Below, piece by piece: positions 1 through 9,039 of a stretch of 64,000 bases of DNA. The DNA comes from Candidatus Limnocylindria bacterium (GTDB taxonomy: Bacteria; Chloroflexota; Limnocylindria; QHBO01), in contig JBBSML010000007.1 in NCBI GenBank assembly GCA_038233215.1, positions 21,002-85,001 of the forward strand. The letters are read 5' to 3'. The position numbers and the translations under genes are program-made. Under the pieces are notes generated by a model. That model had not been told where the DNA came from. It was given only the letters and a program-made list of their open reading frames with translations, and did no database searches. Numbering within the stretch: the stretch's first letter is position 1; every line of letters starts with the position of its first letter.

Positions 1-401
1 AGCGGCTCACCGTCAGGATCAGAGACGACACCTCTGACCACGTTCGGCCGGATCTCGATGCGCAGGTCTCCTTCACCGGGGACGGTTCCCGATTCGGAGT
101 CATGTCCCTCCGCGGTGACCTCGACCCTCGCACCCCGCATCGCCGTCACGCTGGCCGATCCACCTGCCGCGGTGCGAACCGCGCTCTCACCGGTTCGGAC
201 CTCGGCATCGGGCACCGTCTCTTCGGTACCGAGCGCCACCACGGTCACCGTCACCTCGCGCGGCTGCTCCGGCGTAGGCGCAGGGGTCGACGTGGGAGCG
301 AACGGCAGCTGGGGGCCTTCCTGGCTGCACGCCACGGCGAGTATCGTGATGAGCATCAGGGCGAATCCGGGCAGGAGGGATCGGCGAGACAGCAGCGTCA
401 A
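1..401 (-). CDS. Putative lipoprotein, N-terminal part only; the gene runs off the window start. Signal peptide (M)TLLSRRSLLPGFALMLITILAVAC with lipobox LAVAC.
   Basis: Minus-strand translation from TTG at 401 (alternatively ATG at 356) gives an RR n-region, a hydrophobic core and an L-A-V-A-C lipobox, followed by a Thr/Pro/Glu-rich mature region. The start overlaps the rpe stop (TTGA). Confidence 0.4.
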   Translation of the reverse strand, partial: MTLLSRRSLLPGFALMLITILAVACSQEGPQLPFAPTSTPAPTPEQPREVTVTVVALGTEETVPDAEVRTGESAVRTAAGGSASVTAMRGARVEVTAEGHDSESGTVPGEGDLRIEIRPNVVRGVVSDPDGEP

Positions 402-1105
402 GTCCTTTCGGTATCGGTATCGGTATCGGTATCGCGGCGACCGCGTGCCGCGGCGCGAAGTGCGGCGACGGTGGGGCCCAAATCGCCATGGGTACTGTAC
501 AGGGCGCTGCCAGTGACGAGAACATCGGCGCCCGCCGCATGCGCGCGGCCGATGGTCTTGAGGCTGACTCCGCCATCGACCGCAATGGACAGATCGAGGT
601 TGCGGTGCCGGATCTCGGCCGCAAGCGCCGAGAGCTTATGGACGACCCCCTCGATGAACGGCTGCCCTCCCCAACCGGGGTAAACGGTCATGACGAGCAG
701 AAGGTCCACGCGCTCGAGGTACGCGGCCACCGCATCGGCGCGGGTGCCGGGGTTAAGCGCGATGCCGGGTCGTTTGCCGGCCCGCTCGATCGCCTCGATC
801 ACCGCGGAAGGATCGTCATCCGCCTCGACATGGAAGACGATCAGGTCGCTGCCGGCATCGGCGAATCGTTCAACGTAGGCCAGCGGATTGCTGATCATCA
901 GGTGGGTGTGGAAGGGCAGCTCTGTCTCGGGCCGCACGGCTGCGACCACCACCGGACCCATGGTCAGGTTGTCGACGAAGTGACCGTCCATGACATCGAG
1001 GTGCACCGAGTCGACCCGTGCGTCTGCGGCGCGCCGGACCTCGGCCCCGAGCTGGGCGAAATCTGCGTTCAGGATACTGGCGCTGATGTGTGGGTCGCCC
1101 GTCAC
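398..1105 (-). CDS. rpe: Ribulose-phosphate 3-epimerase
   Basis: PHISASILNADF...HLDVMDGHFV...LLVMTVYPGWGGQ motifs. Probable GTG start at 1105, overlapping the rlmN stop (GTGA). Has an unusual Arg-rich DT-repeat C-terminal extension. Confidence 0.85.
   Translation of the reverse strand: MTGDPHISASILNADFAQLGAEVRRAADARVDSVHLDVMDGHFVDNLTMGPVVVAAVRPETELPFHTHLMISNPLAYVERFADAGSDLIVFHVEADDDPSAVIEAIERAGKRPGIALNPGTRADAVAAYLERVDLLLVMTVYPGWGGQPFIEGVVHKLSALAAEIRHRNLDLSIAVDGGVSLKTIGRAHAAGADVLVTGSALYSTHGDLGPTVAALRAAARGRRDTDTDTDTERT
405..430. repeat. Hexanucleotide microsatellite (CGGTAT)x4. It encodes DTDTDTDT in the C-terminal tail of Rpe and lies immediately upstream of the lipoprotein start.
   Basis: Direct reading: cggtatcggtatcggtatcggtatcg. 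Confidence 0.9.
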
Positions 1106-2253
1106 GACGATGTGGCCGCCAGCGCCGCCGCCTCCCGCGCCTCGCGCATGGAGCGGCCGGAAAGCTGCGCATGGAGCTGGCCACACGCAGCATCGATCTC
1201 GCGGCCGCGCGTATCGCGTACCGTGACCGAGACGCCCGCGCCTCGCAGGCGGTCAACGAACCGTTCGATGCCGGCCGCCGGCGTCCCACTCCAGCGCGAG
1301 CCCGGTGTCGGGTTGAGCGGGATCAGGTTCAGGTGCGAGCGCCAGCCGCGGGCGATGTCGATCAGCCCATCTGCCTGCTCATCGGTGTCATTGAGCCCGT
1401 CGATCATCACGTACTCGAGGCTCACCCGCCGTCCGGTGCGCGCAGCAAAGCGCCGCCCCGCCGCCACGACCTCCCTGATCGGCCACTTGCGATTGATCGG
1501 CACCAATTCGTCGCGCAGCGAGTCGGTCGCGGCATGGAGGCTGATGGCCAGATTGACCTGCGGCAACGCTTCGATCATGCGATCCATGCCGGGCACCACG
1601 CCCGAGGTGCTGACGGTGATGTGGCGCGCACCGATCCCCAGGCGTTGCGGATCGTTCAGGAGCCGCACCGCCTCGAACACCCGATCGGAATTGTTGAGCG
1701 GCTCTCCCATGCCCATGAACACGACGTTGTAGTGACCGGTCTTGGCATCACCCAGGGCATTCCACGGCCGCCGGTGCCAGTGGAGCACCTGGTCGACGAT
1801 CTCGCCCGCGGTGAGCTGACGTCCGAACCCGGCCTGCCCGGTGGCGCAGAACGGGCAGTTCACCGCGCAGCCGGCCTGGGAGCTGATGCAGATCGTCGTA
1901 CGTTCCGACATGGCGCCGCGTGCCGCGTACCGCATCAGCACCGACTCGATGCGCTGCCCATCTGCCATCTCATGGACCGCCTTGGCCGTCATGCCACTAT
2001 CGGCGCCGATGACGTGACTGTCCACGATGGTGCTGAAGCGGAATGCCTGCGCGACTTCGGAACGGAGCGCAACAGGGAGGTCGGTGAGATCATTGAAGCC
2101 CCCCACCTCGGGCCGATGGGCGCCCGAGAGAACCTGATCGACCCGATACGGCGGCTCGCCGCGGGCTGTGAGCCACGCGGCGAGCGATGGGGAGTCGATC
2201 TCGCTGATCGCCGGCGGTGGGCCGGCGAGGGAAAGCTCAGTCACGTCGTCCAA
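1102..2253 (-). CDS. rlmN: 23S rRNA/tRNA m2A methyltransferase RlmN (radical SAM)
   Basis: CAVNCPFCATG radical-SAM cysteine motif, MGMGEPL and ISLHA motifs. Confidence 0.85.
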   Translation of the reverse strand: MDDVTELSLAGPPPAISEIDSPSLAAWLTARGEPPYRVDQVLSGAHRPEVGGFNDLTDLPVALRSEVAQAFRFSTIVDSHVIGADSGMTAKAVHEMADGQRIESVLMRYAARGAMSERTTICISSQAGCAVNCPFCATGQAGFGRQLTAGEIVDQVLHWHRRPWNALGDAKTGHYNVVFMGMGEPLNNSDRVFEAVRLLNDPQRLGIGARHITVSTSGVVPGMDRMIEALPQVNLAISLHAATDSLRDELVPINRKWPIREVVAAGRRFAARTGRRVSLEYVMIDGLNDTDEQADGLIDIARGWRSHLNLIPLNPTPGSRWSGTPAAGIERFVDRLRGAGVSVTVRDTRGREIDAACGQLHAQLSGRSMREAREAAALAATSS

Positions 2254-2962
2254 AGATGAGCCACGCGTAATAGATGAAGGTCAGGAGCGCGGTCAGCGCG
2301 CCTGCGACATACGTCCAGGCCGCTGCCTTGAGCACCTCGCGTGCGCCGGTCTGCTTCTCGCCCACCATGCCGAGGCCATTGACGAAGGCCAGCGCCTTGC
2401 CGGACGCGCCGATCTCGACTGGCAGGGTGGCGAAGGTGAACAGGACCGCAGCGCCGAAGCCGATAAGTCCCACGATGGCCAATCCGGTGATCTGGAGGAA
2501 CACGCCGGCAATGACGAGCCACGGCGCGATGCCCGAGCCGAACTGCGCGGCCGGCACGATTGCCTGGCGCAGCTTCATGGCAGGCTCACCCGCGTGGTCC
2601 TGGAGCGCGTGCCCGACCTCGTGCGCGATGACTGCGGCCGCAGCAACCGACAGGCGCGGCGCGCTGCTCGTGACCCCGGCAGTCGAGAGCGCCGAGGCGT
2701 CGGCGACCTGGGTGCTGACTCGCAGCACCTTGCCGCGTGGGTCGTAATGGTCCGTCAGCTTCCCCGGGGTCGGCTCGATCTTGACGTGCTGGAGGCCCTG
2801 ACGGTCCAGGAGCCGGCGTGCGAAGTCGAACGCATCAACGTTCATGCCGGAGTCCACCTTGGACCACTTGCCGTAGGTCGACTTCACCCGCCACGCCGCC
2901 CAACCGGTGATGGCCAGGGTCGGGAGCAGAACGGCGACGATGTAGATCGGATCGAAAATCAT
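2237..2962 (-). CDS. Membrane zinc metallopeptidase, YugP/Zn_peptidase_2-like (HEVGH)
   Basis: HEVGHALQ HExxH motif flanked by TM helices; likely start at MIFDPIYIV. Confidence 0.6.
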   Translation of the reverse strand: MIFDPIYIVAVLLPTLAITGWAAWRVKSTYGKWSKVDSGMNVDAFDFARRLLDRQGLQHVKIEPTPGKLTDHYDPRGKVLRVSTQVADASALSTAGVTSSAPRLSVAAAAVIAHEVGHALQDHAGEPAMKLRQAIVPAAQFGSGIAPWLVIAGVFLQITGLAIVGLIGFGAAVLFTFATLPVEIGASGKALAFVNGLGMVGEKQTGAREVLKAAAWTYVAGALTALLTFIYYAWLIFGRRD

Positions 2963-3036
2963 CGATGGCCCACCTCCGTGAGGGCTGCACCGAGTATATC
3001 CGACCTGCTCCTGACTCACGTTGAGGACCCTCGGAG

Positions 3037-3993
3037 CTACTGGGTCATCTCAAGCGACCGATGTGCGCCGAGCAGGACATGCTCCCGACCCAGCCCGCGG
3101 CGCCAGGCCTCGGCCGGCATGGTGGCACGTCCCTCCGGCTGCACGATCTCGAGCGCGAGACCGCCCTTCCCACACGCCACGCTGGGGATCTCACCCGGGA
3201 GAAGGGAGCCCACCGGCATATTGTCGACACCGGATACCGGACGGGCCCGCCGGATGTGAATGCGCCGACCGTCGATGGAGGTCCAGGTGCCAGGCCACGG
3301 CTGGAGCGCTCGCACCTGGCGATCGATCTCGACGGCAGTCCGCTGCCAGTCGATCCAACCGTCGGCGCGCACGAACGGGTGGACATGGGTTGCCGCGGCA
3401 TCATCCTGCGGCTCCGAGTGGATTGGTCCTGACGCCCAGCGCTCGAGCTCCGTCGGAACGACGTCGGCGGCCAGGTCGGCGAGGGTCGCCTCCAGCTCCG
3501 GCGTCGTCTCGCGGCCGCCGAGGGATATGGGCCAGCGTCGGACGACAGGCCCGGCGTCGAGTTCGGCGGTCATGATCATCAGCGTCACGCCACCCTCGCC
3601 GTCGCCGGCCAGGATGGTGCCGGCCACCGGGGCGGCCCCACGGTGTCGGGGAAGGAGCGAAGGGTGCACGTTGAGTGGCGGCCGGGTCGCGACGTCGAGG
3701 AGGTCCTGGGGCACCAGCTGGCCGTATGCCACCAGGACCAGGCCATCCGGGGCAAAGGCGCGCAGTGCTTCCCGCGACATCTCCGACCGGAGTCGCTGGG
3801 GCGTCATCACCTGGATCCCGTGCTCGCGTGCGAACATCGCGACCGGCGTTGCTCGGAGCTGGAGTCGGCGTCCCGCCGGACGGTCGGGCTGACTGATGAT
3901 CACCAGCTCGTCGGCCAGCCCCATCACGCGCGACAGGAGCGGAACGCCGAACGCGCCCGTGCCGAGGAACGCAATTCGACCGATACCAGCCAC
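3037..3993 (-). CDS. fmt: Methionyl-tRNA formyltransferase
   Basis: N-terminal IAFLGTGAFGVPLL, HPSLLPRHRGAAP motif and Fmt C-terminal domain; directly downstream of def. Confidence 0.85.
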   Translation of the reverse strand: MAGIGRIAFLGTGAFGVPLLSRVMGLADELVIISQPDRPAGRRLQLRATPVAMFAREHGIQVMTPQRLRSEMSREALRAFAPDGLVLVAYGQLVPQDLLDVATRPPLNVHPSLLPRHRGAAPVAGTILAGDGEGGVTLMIMTAELDAGPVVRRWPISLGGRETTPELEATLADLAADVVPTELERWASGPIHSEPQDDAAATHVHPFVRADGWIDWQRTAVEIDRQVRALQPWPGTWTSIDGRRIHIRRARPVSGVDNMPVGSLLPGEIPSVACGKGGLALEIVQPEGRATMPAEAWRRGLGREHVLLGAHRSLEMTQ

Positions 3994-4500
3994 TCAGATC
4001 CCGGCGGCCGCTTCTTCCTCGACCCGCTCGGACGCGTCGCGGACGCGCACCAGTTCATCGAGCGTTTCGAGATAGTCGACATAGAGCGTCCCGTTGAGGT
4101 GATCGATCTCATGCTGGAGGGCCCGGGCGAGGAGCTCCGTGCCCTTGATGCGGAACTCCCTGCCATGGCGGTCCCGCGCCTTGACGGCCACCTTCGCATG
4201 CCGGGTGATCTCGGCGACGTAGCCCGGGATGGACAGGCAGCCTTCCCAGTCGATCTCTTCACCGGAGACCTTGACGACCTGGGGATTCACGAGCTCGGTG
4301 ATTCGGTCATCCACCTCGATGACCGCGACCTGGAGCGGGATGCCGATCTGGTTGGCCGCCAGGCCCACGCCGGGGGCGTCACGCATCGTCTCGAGCATGT
4401 CATCGAGCAGTCGGTGCAGGCTTGCGTCGAAGGTTGAAACACGCTTCGTTCGCTCGCGCAGGATCGGTTCTTCGGCGGTGAGAATGCGGCGGATGGCCAT
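3994..4500 (-). CDS. def: Peptide deformylase
   Basis: GVGLAANQIG, EGCLSIPG and HEIDHLNG motifs. Confidence 0.9.
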   Translation of the reverse strand: MAIRRILTAEEPILRERTKRVSTFDASLHRLLDDMLETMRDAPGVGLAANQIGIPLQVAVIEVDDRITELVNPQVVKVSGEEIDWEGCLSIPGYVAEITRHAKVAVKARDRHGREFRIKGTELLARALQHEIDHLNGTLYVDYLETLDELVRVRDASERVEEEAAAGI

Positions 4501-4521
4501 GGCGCTGCGCATTGTACCGAT

Positions 4522-6882
4522 TCACAGGAGAGACTCGGGGTCCACGTCGATCGCGATTCCCGGCGGCACGCGCTCCAATGCCGCGGCACGCGTCTCGGCG
4601 TCGGGCGCACGGATCACGACCTGCATCCGGAAGCGCCCAGCGCGCCGCACGACGTAGGATGGCAACGGGCCAAGCACCTCCGCCCCGGGGACGGCAACGG
4701 CAGCAGCCGCCTGGCGCCCGCGCTCTTCGGCTCGGGCGCGGTCGGCGTCGGCCACGAGCAGACGGGCCAGCACGCTGAACGGCGGGTAGCCCAGGAGGCG
4801 GCGACGGAGGAGCTCCTCGTCCGCGAAGCCCTCGACGTCCAGAGCAGCCGCCGCCTTCACCGCGTAGTGCCCTGGCGCATAAGTCTGGATGATGACGCGG
4901 CCCGCCATCGGGCCCCTGCCCGCACGTCCCGCCACCTGCGCCAGCAGTTGGAACGTGCGCTCGGCCCCCCGGTAGTCGGGCAGGTTGAGCGTGACGTCGG
5001 CCGCGATCACGGCGGCGAGAATAACCGAGGGCAGGTCCAAACCCTTGGCGGCCAGCTGGGTGCCGACCAGCACGTCGGTTCGTCCTTCCCTGAAGTCGTC
5101 ATAGATCGTCTCGAAGCCGCGCCGCGCGCTGAGCGCATCGGAATCGAGTCGGCCGATTCGCAGGCCGGGGTAGCGCGCGCGGAGCTCGGCTTCCACGCGC
5201 TGCGTGCCCGCGCCGAAATACCGGATCCGTGCGCTGCCGCAAGCCGGGCATGTCCCGGTCGGCGCGCTGGACCTCCCGCAGTGGTGACAGCGCAGGGTCC
5301 CACCCTCCAGGTGGTAGACGAATGGCAGCTCGCAGTCGGGACAGCGCAGGCTCTCGCCGCAGTCGCGACAGAGGATGAAGGTGGCGGCACCTCGCCGGTT
5401 CAGCAGCAGGACGGCCTGTTCGCTCCCCCGGCGAAGCGCTCCGAGCGCGTCGGCCAGGGCCGTTGAGAAGATTGACCGATTGCCGCCGGCGAGCTCGGCG
5501 CGAAGGTCCGCGACCTCGATGGCAGGCGTCGAACCCACGCGTCGCTCGACCAGGTGCGCGTGTTCGGCGTGGCCTCCCCGCACGCGCGCCAGGCTGACGA
5601 GGTCGGGAGTGGCACTGCCCAGCACGATGCGGGCTCCGGCGATCGACGCCCTCCGGCGCGCCACCCAGCGCGCGTCGTAGCGGGGCGTGCGGTCGGACTT
5701 GTAGCCACCGTCATGCTCCTCGTCGACGATGATCAGCCCCAGGCGCGCAAGCGGCGCAAAGGTGGCCGTGCGTGTCCCGATCACGACGCGAACCTCGCCA
5801 CGCAGGATGCGCCACCACTCGTCGTGCCGCTCCCCGGCCGAGAGCCCGGAGTGCAGCACTCCGAGCTCCGCGCCGACGAGTGCCCGGAGACGGTCCGCAA
5901 TCTGCGGGACCAGGCTCACCTCCGGAACCGTGATGATGATGTTCAGCCCGGCCCGAAGCGTTGCCACCGTCGCCGCCAGATACACATCGGTCTTGCCGGA
6001 CGCTGCCACGCCCTGGAGCAGCAGCTCGCCACCCGATGTCAATGCGCTGACCGCGTCAAGCGCGGCGACCTGCTCCCGGGACAGCCGGTGACGGAGGTCG
6101 GGTATCTCGACTCGGTGCGCGAGCGGACTGCGTTCGACGTTGCGCCAGTCGAGCTCCGCCCGGCCCAGAGCCACCAGGCGACGGGCCGGAGCGAGGAGGG
6201 CGGCCGCATCCGTCTCGAGCTCGGCCGCAAGCTCCACCATCGTCCGCTCTCCAGCCTCGAGGGCGTCGAGCAACGCGCGCTGCACGGGCGCTCGACGCGC
6301 CGGCTCCGTCCCGCCCGGCACCGGTCGGAGCACGCGCACGCGGCGGGGGTTCACGTCGGCGGCGCGGAGCGACCACTCCGATCGAAGGGCGCCGACGCGA
6401 CGCAGGCGCTCGAGCCAGGTGGCGCGACCCCGGCGGGGAGCGAAGCGCATGAGCGTGGCATCGGACAATCGCCCGTCGGCGTCGGTTGCCTCCGGAACGC
6501 CCGTCGGGACCGCGGAAACGTCGAGGACCTCCCATCGCCGCGCGAGCCGAGACTCGAGGCCGGGCGGCAGCATGGCCGCAAGCGTCGTCCCGATGGGAGC
6601 GCGGTAGTACGCGGCGATCTCCTCGGCCAGCGTGAGCAGGTCCGAGGTCAGCATCGGCGGCGAGACCACGGCCTCGATCGGCTTCAGATCGTCATCTGCA
6701 GGGGCGTCGGCCTCGCCGGCGAGGACGTATCCGAGCGCCAGGCGGCGACCGTACGGAACCAGCAGCAACGATCCCGGGGCCGGCATCTTCAGCTCGACCG
6801 GAACAAGGTAGCTGAACGTGCGCTCGGGCCGATCGGCGAGCGCATCGACCGCCACGCGCACGGCACGTCTGCCCGGCGTCAT
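4522..6882 (-). CDS. priA: Primosomal protein N' (PriA helicase)
   Basis: Walker A GVAASGKT, DEEHD box, CxxC...CxxC zinc-binding cysteines and a helicase C domain. Confidence 0.85.
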   Translation of the reverse strand: MTPGRRAVRVAVDALADRPERTFSYLVPVELKMPAPGSLLLVPYGRRLALGYVLAGEADAPADDDLKPIEAVVSPPMLTSDLLTLAEEIAAYYRAPIGTTLAAMLPPGLESRLARRWEVLDVSAVPTGVPEATDADGRLSDATLMRFAPRRGRATWLERLRRVGALRSEWSLRAADVNPRRVRVLRPVPGGTEPARRAPVQRALLDALEAGERTMVELAAELETDAAALLAPARRLVALGRAELDWRNVERSPLAHRVEIPDLRHRLSREQVAALDAVSALTSGGELLLQGVAASGKTDVYLAATVATLRAGLNIIITVPEVSLVPQIADRLRALVGAELGVLHSGLSAGERHDEWWRILRGEVRVVIGTRTATFAPLARLGLIIVDEEHDGGYKSDRTPRYDARWVARRRASIAGARIVLGSATPDLVSLARVRGGHAEHAHLVERRVGSTPAIEVADLRAELAGGNRSIFSTALADALGALRRGSEQAVLLLNRRGAATFILCRDCGESLRCPDCELPFVYHLEGGTLRCHHCGRSSAPTGTCPACGSARIRYFGAGTQRVEAELRARYPGLRIGRLDSDALSARRGFETIYDDFREGRTDVLVGTQLAAKGLDLPSVILAAVIAADVTLNLPDYRGAERTFQLLAQVAGRAGRGPMAGRVIIQTYAPGHYAVKAAAALDVEGFADEELLRRRLLGYPPFSVLARLLVADADRARAEERGRQAAAAVAVPGAEVLGPLPSYVVRRAGRFRMQVVIRAPDAETRAAALERVPPGIAIDVDPESLL

Positions 6883-6892
6883 TCCACTCGAC

Positions 6893-7531
6893 TCAGACCC
6901 GAAGGCGGCGCGGTGGCTCGCGGCGTGCCTCGGCCTGGATGATCTCCCAGATCAACTCCCCCGCCTCCTCCGCGTGGCCCGTCTCGTTCACCACGACGTG
7001 GTCGTAGTCGTCGGTGTCTGCCATCCAGTGCTCGGCGTCGCGACGCCGACGCGCGAGGGATTCCGCTGACTCGCTCCCCCGCTTGCGCAGCCGCCGCGCG
7101 AGGTCAGCCATGCTGGGTGGCTTGACGAAGATGAGCAATGCGTCCGGAACGGTGGCTCGGACCTGCCGGGCGCCCTGTGGATCGATGGTCAGGATGGCGT
7201 CCCGGCCGGCGGCGAGGATGCCGCGCACTTGATCGATCGGCGTGCCATACAGGTTGCCGTGCACTTCCGCCCATTCCAGCAGGCCACCGGCCTCACGCAG
7301 CCCGATGAAGTCCACTCGGTCAAGAAAGTGGTAATGCACGCCGTGGACCTCACCATCTCGCCGCGCGCGCGTCGTGGCGGTCACGATCGGCACGACCTGG
7401 GGGTGACTGCGCGCCAATTCCGCGACAATGGTGCTTTTCCCGACACCGGACGGCCCCGACACCACGACGAGCAGCGGGTTGGGAAACGTCATTCGCTTGT
7501 GCGGGTCACTTCCCATCTCATCGTCGTTCAT
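6893..7531 (-). CDS. gmk: Guanylate kinase
   Basis: VVVSGPSGVGKST P-loop, TTRARRDGEVHGVHYHF. The true start may be the internal Met at ~7492. Confidence 0.85.
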   Translation of the reverse strand: MNDDEMGSDPHKRMTFPNPLLVVVSGPSGVGKSTIVAELARSHPQVVPIVTATTRARRDGEVHGVHYHFLDRVDFIGLREAGGLLEWAEVHGNLYGTPIDQVRGILAAGRDAILTIDPQGARQVRATVPDALLIFVKPPSMADLARRLRKRGSESAESLARRRRDAEHWMADTDDYDHVVVNETGHAEEAGELIWEIIQAEARREPPRRLRV

Positions 7532-8502
7532 TCCTCGACGGCGGCTCCCACGCCCTCCGGCACCTGGCCGCCGGCGACCGTCAGCCCGGATAGTTCAAGG
7601 CACGACGCGAGGTCGGCCGGCAGGGCGCTCCAGGCGCGGAGACGTCGTCCGTCGAGCGGGCGCTCGAGCCCTAGCCGCGCGGCGTGCAGGAATTGGCGGC
7701 TGAGTCGCCCCGGCCCCTCGCCGCCGCCGTACCGCAGATCACCCGCGATGGGGAGGCCCAGATAGGTCAGGTGGGCGCGAATCTGATGCGTTCGACCGGT
7801 GAGCGGACGCAGGACGAGCAGGGTGTAGCCGGCCGCCGTCGCGATCACCTCGTACTCGGTGGTGGCTTCGCGGCCACCGGCCACCACCGCCATGCGCTGT
7901 CGATCACGTCGATCACGACCGATCGGTGCCTCCACCCGGCCGCGGGGCGACGGCGCCTCGCCACGGACGAGCGCCAGGTATTCCTTCTCGATGCTTCGAT
8001 CACCGAACTGTCGCATGAGGCTGGCCTGGGCAAGGTCGTTCTTGGCGACCACGATCAGTCCGCTCGTCTCCTTGTCAAGCCGATGCACGATGCCGGGCCG
8101 ACCGACCCCCGCGACCGACCCGAGCGCTTCGCCACGGTCACGCGCCCGCCCGAGGAGTGCGTTGACCAGCGTGCCGCTGCTGTGGCCCGCAGACGGATGG
8201 ACGACAAGGCCCGCCGGCTTGTCGACGATGAGCATCGTCTCGTCCTCGTAGGCAACGCTGAGTGGAATGGACTCCGGGGAGAGCGTCTCGTCGGGCGGCG
8301 CGCTCAGCTCGACACTCACCCGCTCACCGCCGAGCAGCCGATCACTCGAGCGTCGCCGTCCCCCGTCGACCAGCGCCCGTCCATCGCCGAGGAGGCGCTG
8401 GGCGTGCGCGCGGCTGATGCCTCCGACCGCCGCGACGGCGAGATCCACTCGTCCAGCCGGCGCGGGCCCCTCGACGGTCCGGACCTCCACCTGGCCGCTC
8501 AT
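7528..8502 (-). CDS. rluD: RluA-family pseudouridine synthase (RluD-like, with S4 domain)
   Basis: HRLDKETSGLIVVAKN catalytic motif. The ORF-track N-terminus is an overextension; likely start MSGQVEV at 8502, overlapping the lspA stop. Confidence 0.8.
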   Translation of the reverse strand: MSGQVEVRTVEGPAPAGRVDLAVAAVGGISRAHAQRLLGDGRALVDGGRRRSSDRLLGGERVSVELSAPPDETLSPESIPLSVAYEDETMLIVDKPAGLVVHPSAGHSSGTLVNALLGRARDRGEALGSVAGVGRPGIVHRLDKETSGLIVVAKNDLAQASLMRQFGDRSIEKEYLALVRGEAPSPRGRVEAPIGRDRRDRQRMAVVAGGREATTEYEVIATAAGYTLLVLRPLTGRTHQIRAHLTYLGLPIAGDLRYGGGEGPGRLSRQFLHAARLGLERPLDGRRLRAWSALPADLASCLELSGLTVAGGQVPEGVGAAVEE

Positions 8503-9011
8503 CTCGCGGTCTCTGCAGTTCGTGGCTGCTCGACGAATGTCAGGTAGGCGACGAGTGCGCCGATCCCGAGCACGACGGCCGAATCGGCAACATTGAAGGT
8601 CGGAAATCGCGTATCGCCGAAGCCGAGGCTGACGAAGTCGACGACGTAGCCGAAGCGCAGGCGATCCGTCAGGTTGCCGAGCGCGCCGGCCAGGATCGCG
8701 CCCAGCACGACATGAATCCACGGTCCACGGCCGAGCAGGCTGCGATGGAAATACACGACCATCCCGATCGCCACGAGGGTTACCGGTACGAACAGCCAGG
8801 TGGCGCCGGGCAGAATGCTGAAGGCGGCTCCGTCATTGCGAACGTGCCAGAGCTGCGCGAGGTCTCCGATGACGTCATGACGATCACCGAACGCGACGTT
8901 TGCCACCACGAGCGCCTTCGTGACCTGGTCTGCCGCGTACAGCAGGACCGCCGTGCCCGTCAACATCAGCACGGGACTCAACGCTGCATCTCGATCGTTC
9001 CCGGCCTCCAC
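8499..9011 (-). CDS. lspA: Lipoprotein signal peptidase II
   Basis: Four TM helices, NxGAAFS-like motif (NDGAAFSIL) and FNVAD motif. Confidence 0.85.
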   Translation of the reverse strand: MEAGNDRDAALSPVLMLTGTAVLLYAADQVTKALVVANVAFGDRHDVIGDLAQLWHVRNDGAAFSILPGATWLFVPVTLVAIGMVVYFHRSLLGRGPWIHVVLGAILAGALGNLTDRLRFGYVVDFVSLGFGDTRFPTFNVADSAVVLGIGALVAYLTFVEQPRTAETAR

Positions 9012-9039
9012 GACCCCACTCTAGCCGACCGGCAGACGG

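Noticed and set aside
488-2259. Long plus-strand ORFs (488..1732, 1090..2259) antisense to rpe and rlmN
   Set aside because: These are typical spurious antisense ORFs in a high-GC genome. The opposite-strand genes have clear conserved motifs and the plus-strand translations are Arg/Ala/Pro-rich junk.
5554-6942. 462-aa plus-strand ORF inside priA
   Set aside because: It is antisense to a well-supported priA, with a low-complexity R/G/A-rich translation.
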